DNA from: Acidimicrobiia bacterium
Lineage (GTDB): Bacteria; Actinomycetota; Acidimicrobiia; Spongiisociales; UBA5794
Assembly: GCA_030066755.1 (NCBI GenBank)
Contig: JASJAX010000008.1
Span: 13,958 to 77,957 of the forward strand
Direction of reading: 5' to 3'
Length of the DNA stretch: 64,000 nt
The notes beneath the pieces are model-generated. The model made no database searches and was not told where the DNA came from. It saw only the letters and a program-made list of their open reading frames with translations. The position numbers and the translations under genes are program-made. Positions 10,065-18,547 of the stretch are shown here, piece after piece (position 1 is the first letter of the stretch; every line of letters begins with the position of its first letter).

Positions 10065-11232
10065 CGTGTATGTCGCCGGGATCGGGATCACGACCTTCAC
10101 CCGGCTCGAATACCCGTTGTCGGAGATCGCGTCGTATGCGTCGATGATGGCCTTGAAGGACGCCGGCGTCACCGAGGTCGATCAGGTCTACGTCGCCAAC
10201 ATGGGGAGCCCTCGGGTGAACCACCAGACGGCCCTGGCCAGTGCGGTCGTCGACAGCCTGAGCCTGATGCCTGCAGGTGCGGCCGCGATCGAAAACGGGC
10301 CGGCCTCCGGCGCATCGGCCATCAAGGCCGGCTTCCAGGCGGTGGCATCGGGGATGGAGGACGTCGTTCTCGTCGCCGGCGTCGAACGGATGCGTGAGGT
10401 CAACAACCTCGAGGCCACGGACTTCGTCGCCACGCTGACGCATCCGCTCGCCGAGTACATCTACGGCGTCACTCTGCCGGCACACGCGGCGATGTTCACT
10501 CGGATGTACATGGACCGGTACGGCGTCACGGAACGCCATCTCGCCATGGTCGGCGTGAAGAACCAGAACGCAGCGCTCAACAACGTCTGGGCGCACCTGC
10601 AGCAGGAGATCACTCTCGAGGGAATCCTCGACTCGCCCGAAGCGATGACGAACAACCCGTACGTGGCCGAGCCGCTCCGGTTCTTCGACGCATGCCCGGT
10701 CTCCGACGGCGGGGCCGCCTTGGTGCTCGTCAGCGAGGAGAAAGCGCGAGAGCTGGGCCGTCCAATGATCAGGATCACCGGTGTTGGGCAAGCCACGGAC
10801 ACGCACGCAGTGTTCGAACGAGAGGATCCGACGGATCTGCTCGCCGTCCGCAAGGCGGCAAAGGATGCGTTCGCAATGGCCGGTCTCAGCCCATCGGACG
10901 TCGACGTGGCCGAACTCCACGATGCGTTCACCATCCTCGAGATCGTCGAGAGTGAAGAGGTGGGCTTCTTCCCGAAGGGAGAAGGCCACATCGCCCTGGA
11001 GAAGGGAGAGACCGCCCTCGGCGGTTCGATTCCGATCAATGTCGGCGGAGGTCTCAAGGGCCGCGGTCATCCGGTCGGCGCCACAGGCGTCGCGCAGGCG
11101 TGGGAGATCGTCACCCAGCTGCGTGGCGACGGCGAAGCCCGACAGGTGGAAGGTGCCCGCATCGGGTTCACCTGCAACTTCGGCGGTTTCGGCAACAACG
11201 TGGTGTGTCTCACCTTCGTGAGGGAGGACTGA
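10057..11232 (+). CDS. SCP-x/DitF-type thiolase-like protein (thiolase superfamily)
   Basis: 391 aa with a thiolase fold and C-terminal GFGNNVV..-type motifs. It is followed directly by a DUF35 partner, as is typical of SCP-x thiolases. Confidence 0.75.
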   Translation: MRDVYVAGIGITTFTRLEYPLSEIASYASMMALKDAGVTEVDQVYVANMGSPRVNHQTALASAVVDSLSLMPAGAAAIENGPASGASAIKAGFQAVASGMEDVVLVAGVERMREVNNLEATDFVATLTHPLAEYIYGVTLPAHAAMFTRMYMDRYGVTERHLAMVGVKNQNAALNNVWAHLQQEITLEGILDSPEAMTNNPYVAEPLRFFDACPVSDGGAALVLVSEEKARELGRPMIRITGVGQATDTHAVFEREDPTDLLAVRKAAKDAFAMAGLSPSDVDVAELHDAFTILEIVESEEVGFFPKGEGHIALEKGETALGGSIPINVGGGLKGRGHPVGATGVAQAWEIVTQLRGDGEARQVEGARIGFTCNFGGFGNNVVCLTFVRED

Positions 11233-11579
11233 TGGCTCGCGAGATCTACGCCTACAAGTGCCGCCTGTGCGGGACGCTCCACTACCCGTTCCGCATGGTG
11301 TGCAAGGAGTGCAAGCAGAACGACTTCTTCGAGTTCGACACCGTGCCGCTCCCGAAGGCGGGCACGCTCGTGACTTGGACGCGGGTGTACAACCTCCCGG
11401 CCCAGTACGAGGTGGCCACGCTCGGTCTCGGCATCGTCGAACTCGAGAACGGCATGCGGATGCTCGGACAGCTGGAGATCAGTGAGCCCGAGCTCGGTAT
11501 GGCAGTGATCGGCAACGTCGAAGTGGTGCGGAAGGAGCCGTACGACGACTACTACGGGATGGTGTTCAGGGCAGCCTGA
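11233..11579 (+). CDS. Zn-ribbon / OB-fold DUF35 protein (thiolase partner)
   Basis: A CxxC...CxxC zinc ribbon (CRLCG...CKEC) precedes an OB fold. The start is adjacent to the thiolase stop. Confidence 0.75.
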
Positions 11580-11629
11580 GCGATAGGAAGCGTTGGGCAA
11601 ACAGACAGCAAGCGGGAGAGGAAGGGTCT

Positions 11630-12871
11630 ATGCAACTCACGATGCAGAAGAAGGTGGTGCTGGGTCTCCAGCACACCATCGCCATGTTCGGAGCAACGGT
11701 GCTTGTACCGCTGCTCACCGGGCTGAACCCCTCGGTGGCACTGATCGCCGCAGGTGTCGGAACGTTGCTGTTCCACCTGGTGACGAAGCAGATGGTTCCG
11801 GTGTTCCTCGGATCGTCGTTCGCGTTCATTCCACCGATCGTGCTCGGCGTCGAACGCGGCTACTCATGGGCGGCCATCGGAGCCGGCATTGTCGGTGCGG
11901 CGGTGATCTATCTCACGATGTCCATCATCGTCACGTTCGTCGGCCATGACATCGTGCGGCGGATCTTCCCGCCGATCGTCACCGGACCGGTCATCACGGT
12001 GATCGGTATCACCTTGGCTCCGGTTGCCATCGGGATGGCCGAAGGAACCTGGTGGTTGGCCATTGTCACGCTGGCGGCGACGTTGATCGCGGCGGTGTTC
12101 TTCAAGGGCCTGTTCAAGATGCTGCCCATCTTGACGGGAGCCATCGTCGGCTACCTGACGGCGGCGATCTTCCTCGAGGAGTTCGACTTCTCGCCGGTAG
12201 GGGACGCCGACTGGATCGGATGGCCGGAATTCACGTGGGGTCTCGGCAACATCGAATGGGCGGCGATCGCCCTCATTGCCCCGATCGCATTCGTGACGAT
12301 GATCGAGCACGTCGGCGACATCCTCGCCAACGGCCGGGTGGTTGGGAAGGACTTCTTCGACGAGCCTGGGCTCAACCGGACACTGTTGGGCGACGGTATC
12401 GCCACCATGTTTGCCGGGCTGGTTGGCGGTCCGCCGAACACGACGTATTCGGAGAACACCGGTGTCCTGGCCGTGACCAAGGTCTACGACCCGTTCATCA
12501 TTCGCATCGGCGCAGTGTTCGCCATCCTGCTGGGTCTGATCCCGAAGCTGGCGGCGATCCTCCAGACCGTGCCGGTTGCGGTGCTCGGTGGCCTCTCGAT
12601 CGTGCTGTTCGGCATGATCGCTGCCGTCGGCATGCGCACGCTGGTCGAAGCGCAGGTCGACTTCAAGAAGAGCCGCAACATGATCGTGGTCGGCCTCATC
12701 CTGGTCTTCGGCCTCGGTGTCAGTGGATTGTCGACGCCGCTCGCCATCGGTGATGTGGCGATCTCGGGTCTCGCGCTGGCCGCCGTCATCGGTGTCGCCG
12801 CAAACCTGATCCTGCCGTTGACCGAGGAGGACGAGGAAGTCGCACTGCCCGCCGACGAAATGGTGTCGTAG
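11630..12871 (+). CDS. NCS2-family nucleobase permease, UraA-like uracil permease
   Basis: Long stretches are nearly identical to E. coli UraA (LGLQHTIAMFGATVLVPLL, GSSFAFIPP, TYSENTGVLAVTKVY, FAILLGLIPKLAAILQTVP). Confidence 0.85.
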   Translation: MQLTMQKKVVLGLQHTIAMFGATVLVPLLTGLNPSVALIAAGVGTLLFHLVTKQMVPVFLGSSFAFIPPIVLGVERGYSWAAIGAGIVGAAVIYLTMSIIVTFVGHDIVRRIFPPIVTGPVITVIGITLAPVAIGMAEGTWWLAIVTLAATLIAAVFFKGLFKMLPILTGAIVGYLTAAIFLEEFDFSPVGDADWIGWPEFTWGLGNIEWAAIALIAPIAFVTMIEHVGDILANGRVVGKDFFDEPGLNRTLLGDGIATMFAGLVGGPPNTTYSENTGVLAVTKVYDPFIIRIGAVFAILLGLIPKLAAILQTVPVAVLGGLSIVLFGMIAAVGMRTLVEAQVDFKKSRNMIVVGLILVFGLGVSGLSTPLAIGDVAISGLALAAVIGVAANLILPLTEEDEEVALPADEMVS

Positions 12872-12897
12872 CGCGCAAACAAGAATGTCCCGTCACG

Positions 12898-12930
12898 GAG
12901 AAGGGGAACCGGGCACCGGTTCCCCTTCTC
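12898..12930. terminator. Perfect 15-bp inverted repeat (GAGAAGGGGAACCGG-gca-CCGGTTCCCCTTCTC) between convergent genes; likely a bidirectional terminator
   Basis: Direct reading. It lies between the permease stop (12871) and the selenoprotein stop (12941). A T-rich run follows on the minus strand. Confidence 0.7.
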
Positions 12931-12940
12931 GCGTCGCGAA

Positions 12941-13933
12941 CTAGCGGGCGACGTTTCCGGCTCGCCACGGTTCGTCGAGTTCGACAACCGTGGCGCCGGA
13001 GGGAGCGTTCTCGAGTAACTCCAATGCGGACGAGATGACCCGGCGTTGGCGATCCCGATCGCCGGATGCCCCCAAGGGTCGTCCCATCGGATGTTGCGTG
13101 ATCAGCGTGCGGGGGAGACGCATGACCTCGGCGACGTGCTTGAACGCACGCACGAACACCGACACCGTCGGAATCCCAGCACTCTCGAAGGCTCTGGCGA
13201 CGTGTCCGACCGACACGTGGCACACCGGTCAGACGGGAACGAGCAACAGGACATCGATCGCATCGGACTGCAGCTGTTCGACCCAGCCCGGGATTGCCTG
13301 CTTCCGGAGCCGGCCCTGTGAGGTCGCACCGGTGAAGGAGTACATCGGCGAGCTGAGTTCACCGATGACCCCGTCGGCTTCGAGCGATTGCAGGATGCTG
13401 AGCGGGAATGCCACCTCTCGATCGTGCGACACACTGCGGACGTCATACCCACCATGGCGAACGCGTAGGTCGGTTGGTTCGAGGTCGGTTGGGATCGCAG
13501 AGAATTCCGGGGTGTCGCGTAGGAACTCACCGATTCGCTCCTCCGCTTCAGCCTGCGTCATGTTCTCCACACCGAACGGCTTCGGGTCGTCGCCCTCGGC
13601 GAAATGGCCCGAGCTCGTGAGCACTCCGACACGGCTCTCCGCCACGGGCTTCGCAAGCGGAGTGAACGGGGCATCGTCATACGCGTGGTTGCGACCGCTG
13701 CCCTCGTACCCACGGCGCTGCCACTCGAACACGAGCTGATGAATCGGGCTGATGTCGCCGTCGTCGAGACTGTGACCTACTTGCCACAACAGCTGGCGGA
13801 AGAACTCCCCGGCATCGTCGTCGGTGAGGGACTTCAGGAACTTGAAGGTGAGGTCGGACCGGGAGCCGTAGCTGAAGGAGTTCTTGAACTCTTCCAAGGT
13901 CTCGGCTGCGGGCGTGGCGTTCTCGTCGTTCAT
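12941..13933 (-). CDS. GrdB-like (glycine/sarcosine/betaine/proline reductase selenoprotein B family) selenoprotein with in-frame TGA (Sec) at 13229-13231
   Basis: Two track ORFs (13229..13933 and 12941..13225) are in the same frame and separated only by TGA. The read-through sequence ..DAIDVLLLVPV-U-PVCHVSVGHVARAFESAGIPTV.. matches the GrdB/PrdB U-x-x-C context. A hairpin sits 11 nt downstream. Confidence 0.65.
13200..13218 (-). ncRNA. SECIS-like stem-loop (ACGUGUC-GGUCG-GACACGU) 11 nt 3' of the in-frame UGA
   Basis: Direct reading on the mRNA strand. A 7-bp stem with a G/U-containing loop at the spacing expected for a bacterial SECIS. Confidence 0.5.
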
Positions 13934-14040
13934 GGTCGGGACGGTAATCGCCCGTTGTCCGCCGGCGCCGACAACCCGCCTCCCCAGGGTGTGCGGGCAC
14001 TACGCTGGCGGTGCCGGACCGGTGCTGCAGGGGAGACCAG

Positions 14041-15366
14041 ATGCGGGTCGTGATCGTAGGTGCCGGCCACGACGGCGCGTACCTCGCGGAACGACTCGTG
14101 GCCGAGGGCCAGGACGTGGTCGTCATCGAAATCGATGAGGCAAAGGCTGCCGCGCTGCAAGATCGACTCGACGTCCTCGTCATTGCCGGCAACGGGGCAA
14201 GCCCTGCCGTACTCAAGGACGCAGGAATCGAACAGGCCGGTCTCTTTCTGGCGGTTTCCGACCGCGATGGCGCCAACGTGATGGCGTGCCATTCGGCGAA
14301 GAACCTCGGGGCACGTCGCACGGTCGCACGGGTGGAGCACCCTGACCTGCGTGAGGTTTCGCCGGGACTCGGGGTCGACGTCATCATCGATGCCCGCCAA
14401 TCGGTGTCGCGTGAAGCTGCCGAGTTGGTCCGGTACATGGGGGTGTCCGAGATCGAACCGTTGGCGCAGGGGAGGTTGATGCTCGTCGGTGCCCGGATTC
14501 GTGTCGAGAGCCCTGCGCTCGGCAGAACGGTTGCCGAACTCCGATCGGAGTCCGCCGTTGATTGGGCCCTTGCAGCGCTGGTGAAGAACGGCGAAACCAA
14601 GGTCGGTCGCGGCAACGTCGTCTTCGACGAGGGCGATCACGCGGTGATGGTCGTGCATCCAGAGAACGTCAGGAAGGTAATGAACCTGATGGGCATCCCG
14701 CAGGTGCGCCCGCGCCGGTCGGTGGTGCTCGGTGGGACGAGTATCGCCGCATTGACTGCCGAGCGGATCCTGGCCCAAGGTCACGATGTGCTCATCGTCG
14801 AGCGTGACGCAGAACGGTGTGCGCTCCTCGCCAAGGAGTCGCGCGCACTCGTCCTCCAGGGTGATCCGGCGGACTCCGATGTGCTCGAACGGCTCGATCT
14901 CGGGTCCCACGATGTCGTGCTCGGGATGAGCGGCTACGACCAGGTGAATCTCATGGGCTGCATGCTGGCGAAGGCCATGGGAGCCGGGGCGACCATTGCC
15001 CGATTCGGCAAGGCGAGGTTGGCCCGTCTGCTCAAAGATGTCGGCGTCGACTCGATCGTGTCGTCACGGGTTGCCGCCGCCGACGCCATTCTCCGCTTCG
15101 TTCGCCGCGACCAGATCCTGTCGGTCTCAACGTTCATGGACACCGACGCAGAACTCATCGAGATCGAGGTCCAAGAGGGGACACCGGCGGCCGGGCAGAC
15201 GGTGCAGGGCATGCAGATGCCGGACGGCACGGTGCTGGCGGGGGTCGTTCGCGGGGGGACGGCGACCATCCCGACGGGAGCCACCCGGATCGAGGTGGGG
15301 GATCGGGTTGTGGTGCTCGCCGATCGGTCATCGATTGACATGGCAGAAGGGTTGTTCCTGCAGTGA
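14041..15366 (+). CDS. trkA: Trk system potassium uptake protein TrkA (two RCK/NAD-binding domains)
   Basis: MRVVIVGAGHDGAYLAERL.. Rossmann motif repeated in the second half. GGGGAG RBS upstream. Confidence 0.85.
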   Translation: MRVVIVGAGHDGAYLAERLVAEGQDVVVIEIDEAKAAALQDRLDVLVIAGNGASPAVLKDAGIEQAGLFLAVSDRDGANVMACHSAKNLGARRTVARVEHPDLREVSPGLGVDVIIDARQSVSREAAELVRYMGVSEIEPLAQGRLMLVGARIRVESPALGRTVAELRSESAVDWALAALVKNGETKVGRGNVVFDEGDHAVMVVHPENVRKVMNLMGIPQVRPRRSVVLGGTSIAALTAERILAQGHDVLIVERDAERCALLAKESRALVLQGDPADSDVLERLDLGSHDVVLGMSGYDQVNLMGCMLAKAMGAGATIARFGKARLARLLKDVGVDSIVSSRVAAADAILRFVRRDQILSVSTFMDTDAELIEIEVQEGTPAAGQTVQGMQMPDGTVLAGVVRGGTATIPTGATRIEVGDRVVVLADRSSIDMAEGLFLQ

Positions 15367-16850
15367 CCGCGCCGGGTTGGCTCGAGCGGTCCACACACCC
15401 GCCTCGCGGGAGACGCCTCATGTACGTCATCGGGGCCGTCATCACTGCGTCGGCGCTCGGCACGGTGCCTGCCATCCTGACCGGAGTCGTCTACCGGGAA
15501 TGGGACGACGTCCTCGGCCTTCTTCTCGCCGCCGTTTGTATGGCAGCGATCGGGGTGTCTGCGTGGCGAGGCTTCGGTCGTTCCGGACGGATGAGCACGC
15601 GCGAAGGTCTTGCGGTCGTCGGGTTGTCGTGGTTCGCCATGGTCGTGGTGGGCACCCTTCCGTATTTCTTCACCCAGTCGATCGGCGGCGTGACCAACAC
15701 GTTCTTTGAGACCGCCGCAGGATTCACGACGACCGGCGCATCCATCCTGCCGGATCCCGGCGTGCTCTCCCACGCCATGCTGATCTGGCGAGCAACGACG
15801 CAATGGGTCGGCGGCATGGGAATCATCGTGTTGTTCGTCGCAGTGCTGCCCTTGCTCGGTGTCGGTGGTGTGGAGCTGGCGCGTGCCGAATCGCCGGGCC
15901 CGGAACCGGACCGCCTCACGCCGCGATTCCAGGACACTGCGAAGCGACTGTGGCTGATCTACGTCGGGCTCACCGCAGGGTTGTTCGTGTTGCTGGCGCT
16001 CGGCGACATGTCGATGTTCGAGGCGATCGCGCATTCGCTGACCACCATCTCGACCGGCGGGTTCAGCACCGAGCCGGGTTCAATCGGAGCGTTCAGTGCG
16101 TACTCCCAGTGGATGATCGCGCTCTTCATCTTTGTGTCGGCGACCTCGTTTGCACTGCACTATCGGGCGAAATGGCGTCCGGCGCGGTACGTGGAGAACG
16201 CCGAGTTCCGCCTCTACGCAGGCACGATCCTCACTGCGTCGATCCTCATCGCGCTCGGCCTGGCGTCCGACCTCGCAATCGGCGACACGATCCGTGACGC
16301 GGTCTTCAGCGCCCTGACGTTGGTCACGGGAACGGGATTCGCGACGAGCGACTTCGGGCAGTGGACCGCAGGACTGCAGATCCTCGCTGTCTCCCTGATG
16401 TTCCTCGGGGGGATGGCCGGATCGACCGCCGGGGCGGTGAAGACCTATCGCATGGGTGTGCTCTACAAGTCGTCGGCGGCGAGTCTGAAGAAGCTGGCGT
16501 ATCCATCGGCCGTGATCGTGCCCCGATTCGGTGGGCGGCCGATTCCCGACTCGATCGTGCGCAACATCCAGCTCTTCTTCCTGTTCTACATGATCACCTT
16601 CGTCACCGGGACGGTGCTGTTGGCGCTCATCGATGCCGCTGCCGGCAACCAGGCAAGTCTCGTGACCACCACCACGGCGGTGGTGTCGGCGATCGGCAAC
16701 ATCGGGCCGGGACTTGCGGAGGTCGGGCCGGGCGGGACCTATCTCGTGATCTCCGACGCAGGGAAGTGGCTCTTGAGCTTCCTGATGATCGTCGGCCGCC
16801 TGGAGATCTTCCCAGTCGTACTCCTCTTCACCCGGTTCTTGTGGAAATAG
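15363..16850 (+). CDS. trkH: TrkH-family potassium transporter
   Basis: Multi-span membrane protein overlapping the trkA stop. TrkH-like repeats are present. The start may be ATG at 15420. Confidence 0.8.
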   Translation: MTAPGWLERSTHPPRGRRLMYVIGAVITASALGTVPAILTGVVYREWDDVLGLLLAAVCMAAIGVSAWRGFGRSGRMSTREGLAVVGLSWFAMVVVGTLPYFFTQSIGGVTNTFFETAAGFTTTGASILPDPGVLSHAMLIWRATTQWVGGMGIIVLFVAVLPLLGVGGVELARAESPGPEPDRLTPRFQDTAKRLWLIYVGLTAGLFVLLALGDMSMFEAIAHSLTTISTGGFSTEPGSIGAFSAYSQWMIALFIFVSATSFALHYRAKWRPARYVENAEFRLYAGTILTASILIALGLASDLAIGDTIRDAVFSALTLVTGTGFATSDFGQWTAGLQILAVSLMFLGGMAGSTAGAVKTYRMGVLYKSSAASLKKLAYPSAVIVPRFGGRPIPDSIVRNIQLFFLFYMITFVTGTVLLALIDAAAGNQASLVTTTTAVVSAIGNIGPGLAEVGPGGTYLVISDAGKWLLSFLMIVGRLEIFPVVLLFTRFLWK

Positions 16851-16913
16851 TCTCAGGTCTCAGGTCTCAGGTCACAAGCCTGACGTGGGACGTGGGACTT
16901 GGGACTTGTGACC
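16851..16913. repeat. Heptamer array GTCTCAG x3 then GTCACAA, switching to GTGGGAC / TTGGGAC / TTGTGAC (inverted orientation)
   Basis: It fills the whole gap between the convergent trkH and ltaE genes. The two halves are imperfect reverse complements. Confidence 0.9.
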
Positions 16914-16918
16914 CGGCC

Positions 16919-17953
16919 CTAGCCGAGCACCGTCGCCGCGGCCTTGATTGCTGCATCAATGTCATCCGTGGTGACGTGGAGGTTCGTGACGGCCCGGATG
17001 GTGTCGTGGGTGAGGGCCAGGGCGGCCACGCCGTTGTCGAGCCACGCAGCTTCGAACTTCGCGGCCGACATCGCCGTGACGCGGAAGTAGACCATGTTCG
17101 TGGCGACCGTGTCGAGATCGACTTCGACACCGGGTTGCTCGGCAAGGCCGACGGCGAGGCGGCGAGCGTTCGCGTGGTCGTCGGCGAGGCGCTCTCGATG
17201 GTGCTCGACTGCGTAGAGAGCTCCGGCCGCCATCATGCCGGCCTGCCGAAATCCGCCACCGAACATCTGCTTGAAACGTCGCGCCCGGTCGACGATGGCT
17301 TTGCTTCCGGCAAGGGCTGAGCCCATCGGTGCGCCCAGCCCTTTCGAGAAGCAGACGCTGACCGTGTCGAACCCTGCGGAGTACTCGGCCTCGGAGACCC
17401 CGGTCGCTGCCGTGGCGTTCCAGAGTCGAGCTCCATCGAGGTGCGTTGCCAGCCCGAGTCCCCGAGCCGTCTCGGTGACGTTGGTGAGTCGTGCGAGCGG
17501 CCAGACGGTCCCTCCGGCAGCGTTGTGGGTGTTCTCCGCCGCGACGAGCGTCACCGGCTGAAAGAGCGAGGCCGGCATCGATGCCGGGATCTCAGGTACT
17601 GCGGATCGAACCTGATCCGCGGTGAACGTGCCGGCCTCGCCGTCGAGCTGCTGGATGGTCAATCCCGAGATGGCGTTCGCCGCGCCGAGCTCGTGAAGGT
17701 CGATGTGGGCGTCCTTCGAAGCGAGGACGACATCGCCGGGTGACGTGTGGGCTCGCAGTGCCGTTTGATTCGCCATCGTTCCGGTCGGCGTGAACATGGC
17801 ATCGTCCTTGCCGAGGACCTCAGCAACCCGAGCCTCGAGCGCCAGCACCGTCGGGTCGTCGTGGTAGACGTCGTCCCCGACTTCAGCGTCGGCAATCACC
17901 CGCCGCATCGCGTCGGTAGGCCGGGTAACAGTGTCGGAACGGAGATCGATCAT
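16919..17953 (-). CDS. ltaE: Low-specificity L-threonine aldolase
   Basis: 344 aa. The N-terminus MIDLRSDTVTRPT.. and the PLP-fold motifs are typical of LtaE. Confidence 0.85.
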   Translation of the reverse strand: MIDLRSDTVTRPTDAMRRVIADAEVGDDVYHDDPTVLALEARVAEVLGKDDAMFTPTGTMANQTALRAHTSPGDVVLASKDAHIDLHELGAANAISGLTIQQLDGEAGTFTADQVRSAVPEIPASMPASLFQPVTLVAAENTHNAAGGTVWPLARLTNVTETARGLGLATHLDGARLWNATAATGVSEAEYSAGFDTVSVCFSKGLGAPMGSALAGSKAIVDRARRFKQMFGGGFRQAGMMAAGALYAVEHHRERLADDHANARRLAVGLAEQPGVEVDLDTVATNMVYFRVTAMSAAKFEAAWLDNGVAALALTHDTIRAVTNLHVTTDDIDAAIKAAATVLG

Positions 17954-17960
17954 GAGGAGA

Positions 17961-17995
17961 GTCTCAAGTCTCAGGTCTCAAGTCGCAAGTCGCGC
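17961..17995. repeat. Heptamer array (GTCTCAA, GTCTCAG, GTCTCAA, GTCGCAA, GTCGCGC)
   Basis: Direct reading in the divergent region upstream of ltaE and the four-helix-bundle gene. Confidence 0.85.
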
Positions 17996-18085
17996 CTGGA
18001 TCTGCGGTCTGTGTCCTCACGGTCCTGGTGGTCTGTGGTCGAGGGTCTTGTGAAGGGTGGTCGTGTGCGCTAATGGTCGACGTGA

Positions 18086-18445
18086 ATGCGCAACTTCCGG
18101 AACCTCAATGTGTGGCAACAGGCACGAACGTTGACACTCGAGGTCTTCGCCCTCTCAGAGCGTCTCCCGGACGTGGACCGCTACGGCTTGGCAGCCCAGT
18201 TACGGCGATCAGCAAACTCGATTGGTGCCAACATCGCCGAGGGGGCAGGCCGCCCGACGCGACGGGATTATGCACGGTTCCTCGCCCAGGCCATGGCGAG
18301 CAGCAATGAGCTAGAGCACCACCTCTCGATCGTTGATGGAGCAGGCTTGATCAACGGCGAGGATGTGGCGCCGTTGATCGATCGATGCGACCAAGTTCGG
18401 AGGAGGCTGGTCAATCTCCGCTCGAGGATCCTGGCCGAAACCTAG
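18086..18445 (+). CDS. Four-helix-bundle protein (the family often encoded in 23S rRNA intervening sequences)
   Basis: 119 aa. MRNFRNLNVWQQAR...IGANIAEGAGR...FLAQAMASSNELEHHL is characteristic of that family. Confidence 0.8.
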   Translation: MRNFRNLNVWQQARTLTLEVFALSERLPDVDRYGLAAQLRRSANSIGANIAEGAGRPTRRDYARFLAQAMASSNELEHHLSIVDGAGLINGEDVAPLIDRCDQVRRRLVNLRSRILAET

Positions 18446-18470
18446 GACCAAGCCGGTCGAGACCCTCGGC

Positions 18471-18519
18471 TTGGGACCTGGGACCTGGGACTTGTGACCT
18501 GGGACTTGGGACCTGGGAC
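18471..18519. repeat. Heptamer array YTGGGAC x7 (one TTGTGAC)
   Basis: Direct reading between the four-helix-bundle gene and the ABC exporter. Confidence 0.9.
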
Positions 18520-18547
18520 CTGCGCTGCCGAGTAGCCTCGCGCGGCT

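Noticed and set aside
13226-13231. The in-frame TGA between ORFs 13229..13933 and 12941..13225 as a frameshift or pseudogene split.
   Set aside because: The flanking sequence forms a continuous GrdB-like protein with the stop exactly at the expected Sec position (U-x-x-C), and a SECIS-like hairpin follows. Selenocysteine read-through is more parsimonious, though it is unproven without sel genes.
13934-14040. Possible riboswitch (for example c-di-AMP/ydaO-type) in the 107-nt leader of trkA.
   Set aside because: It is too short, and I could not recognise the conserved ydaO helices or ACGR/GGGGA motifs. It is probably just a promoter and RBS region.
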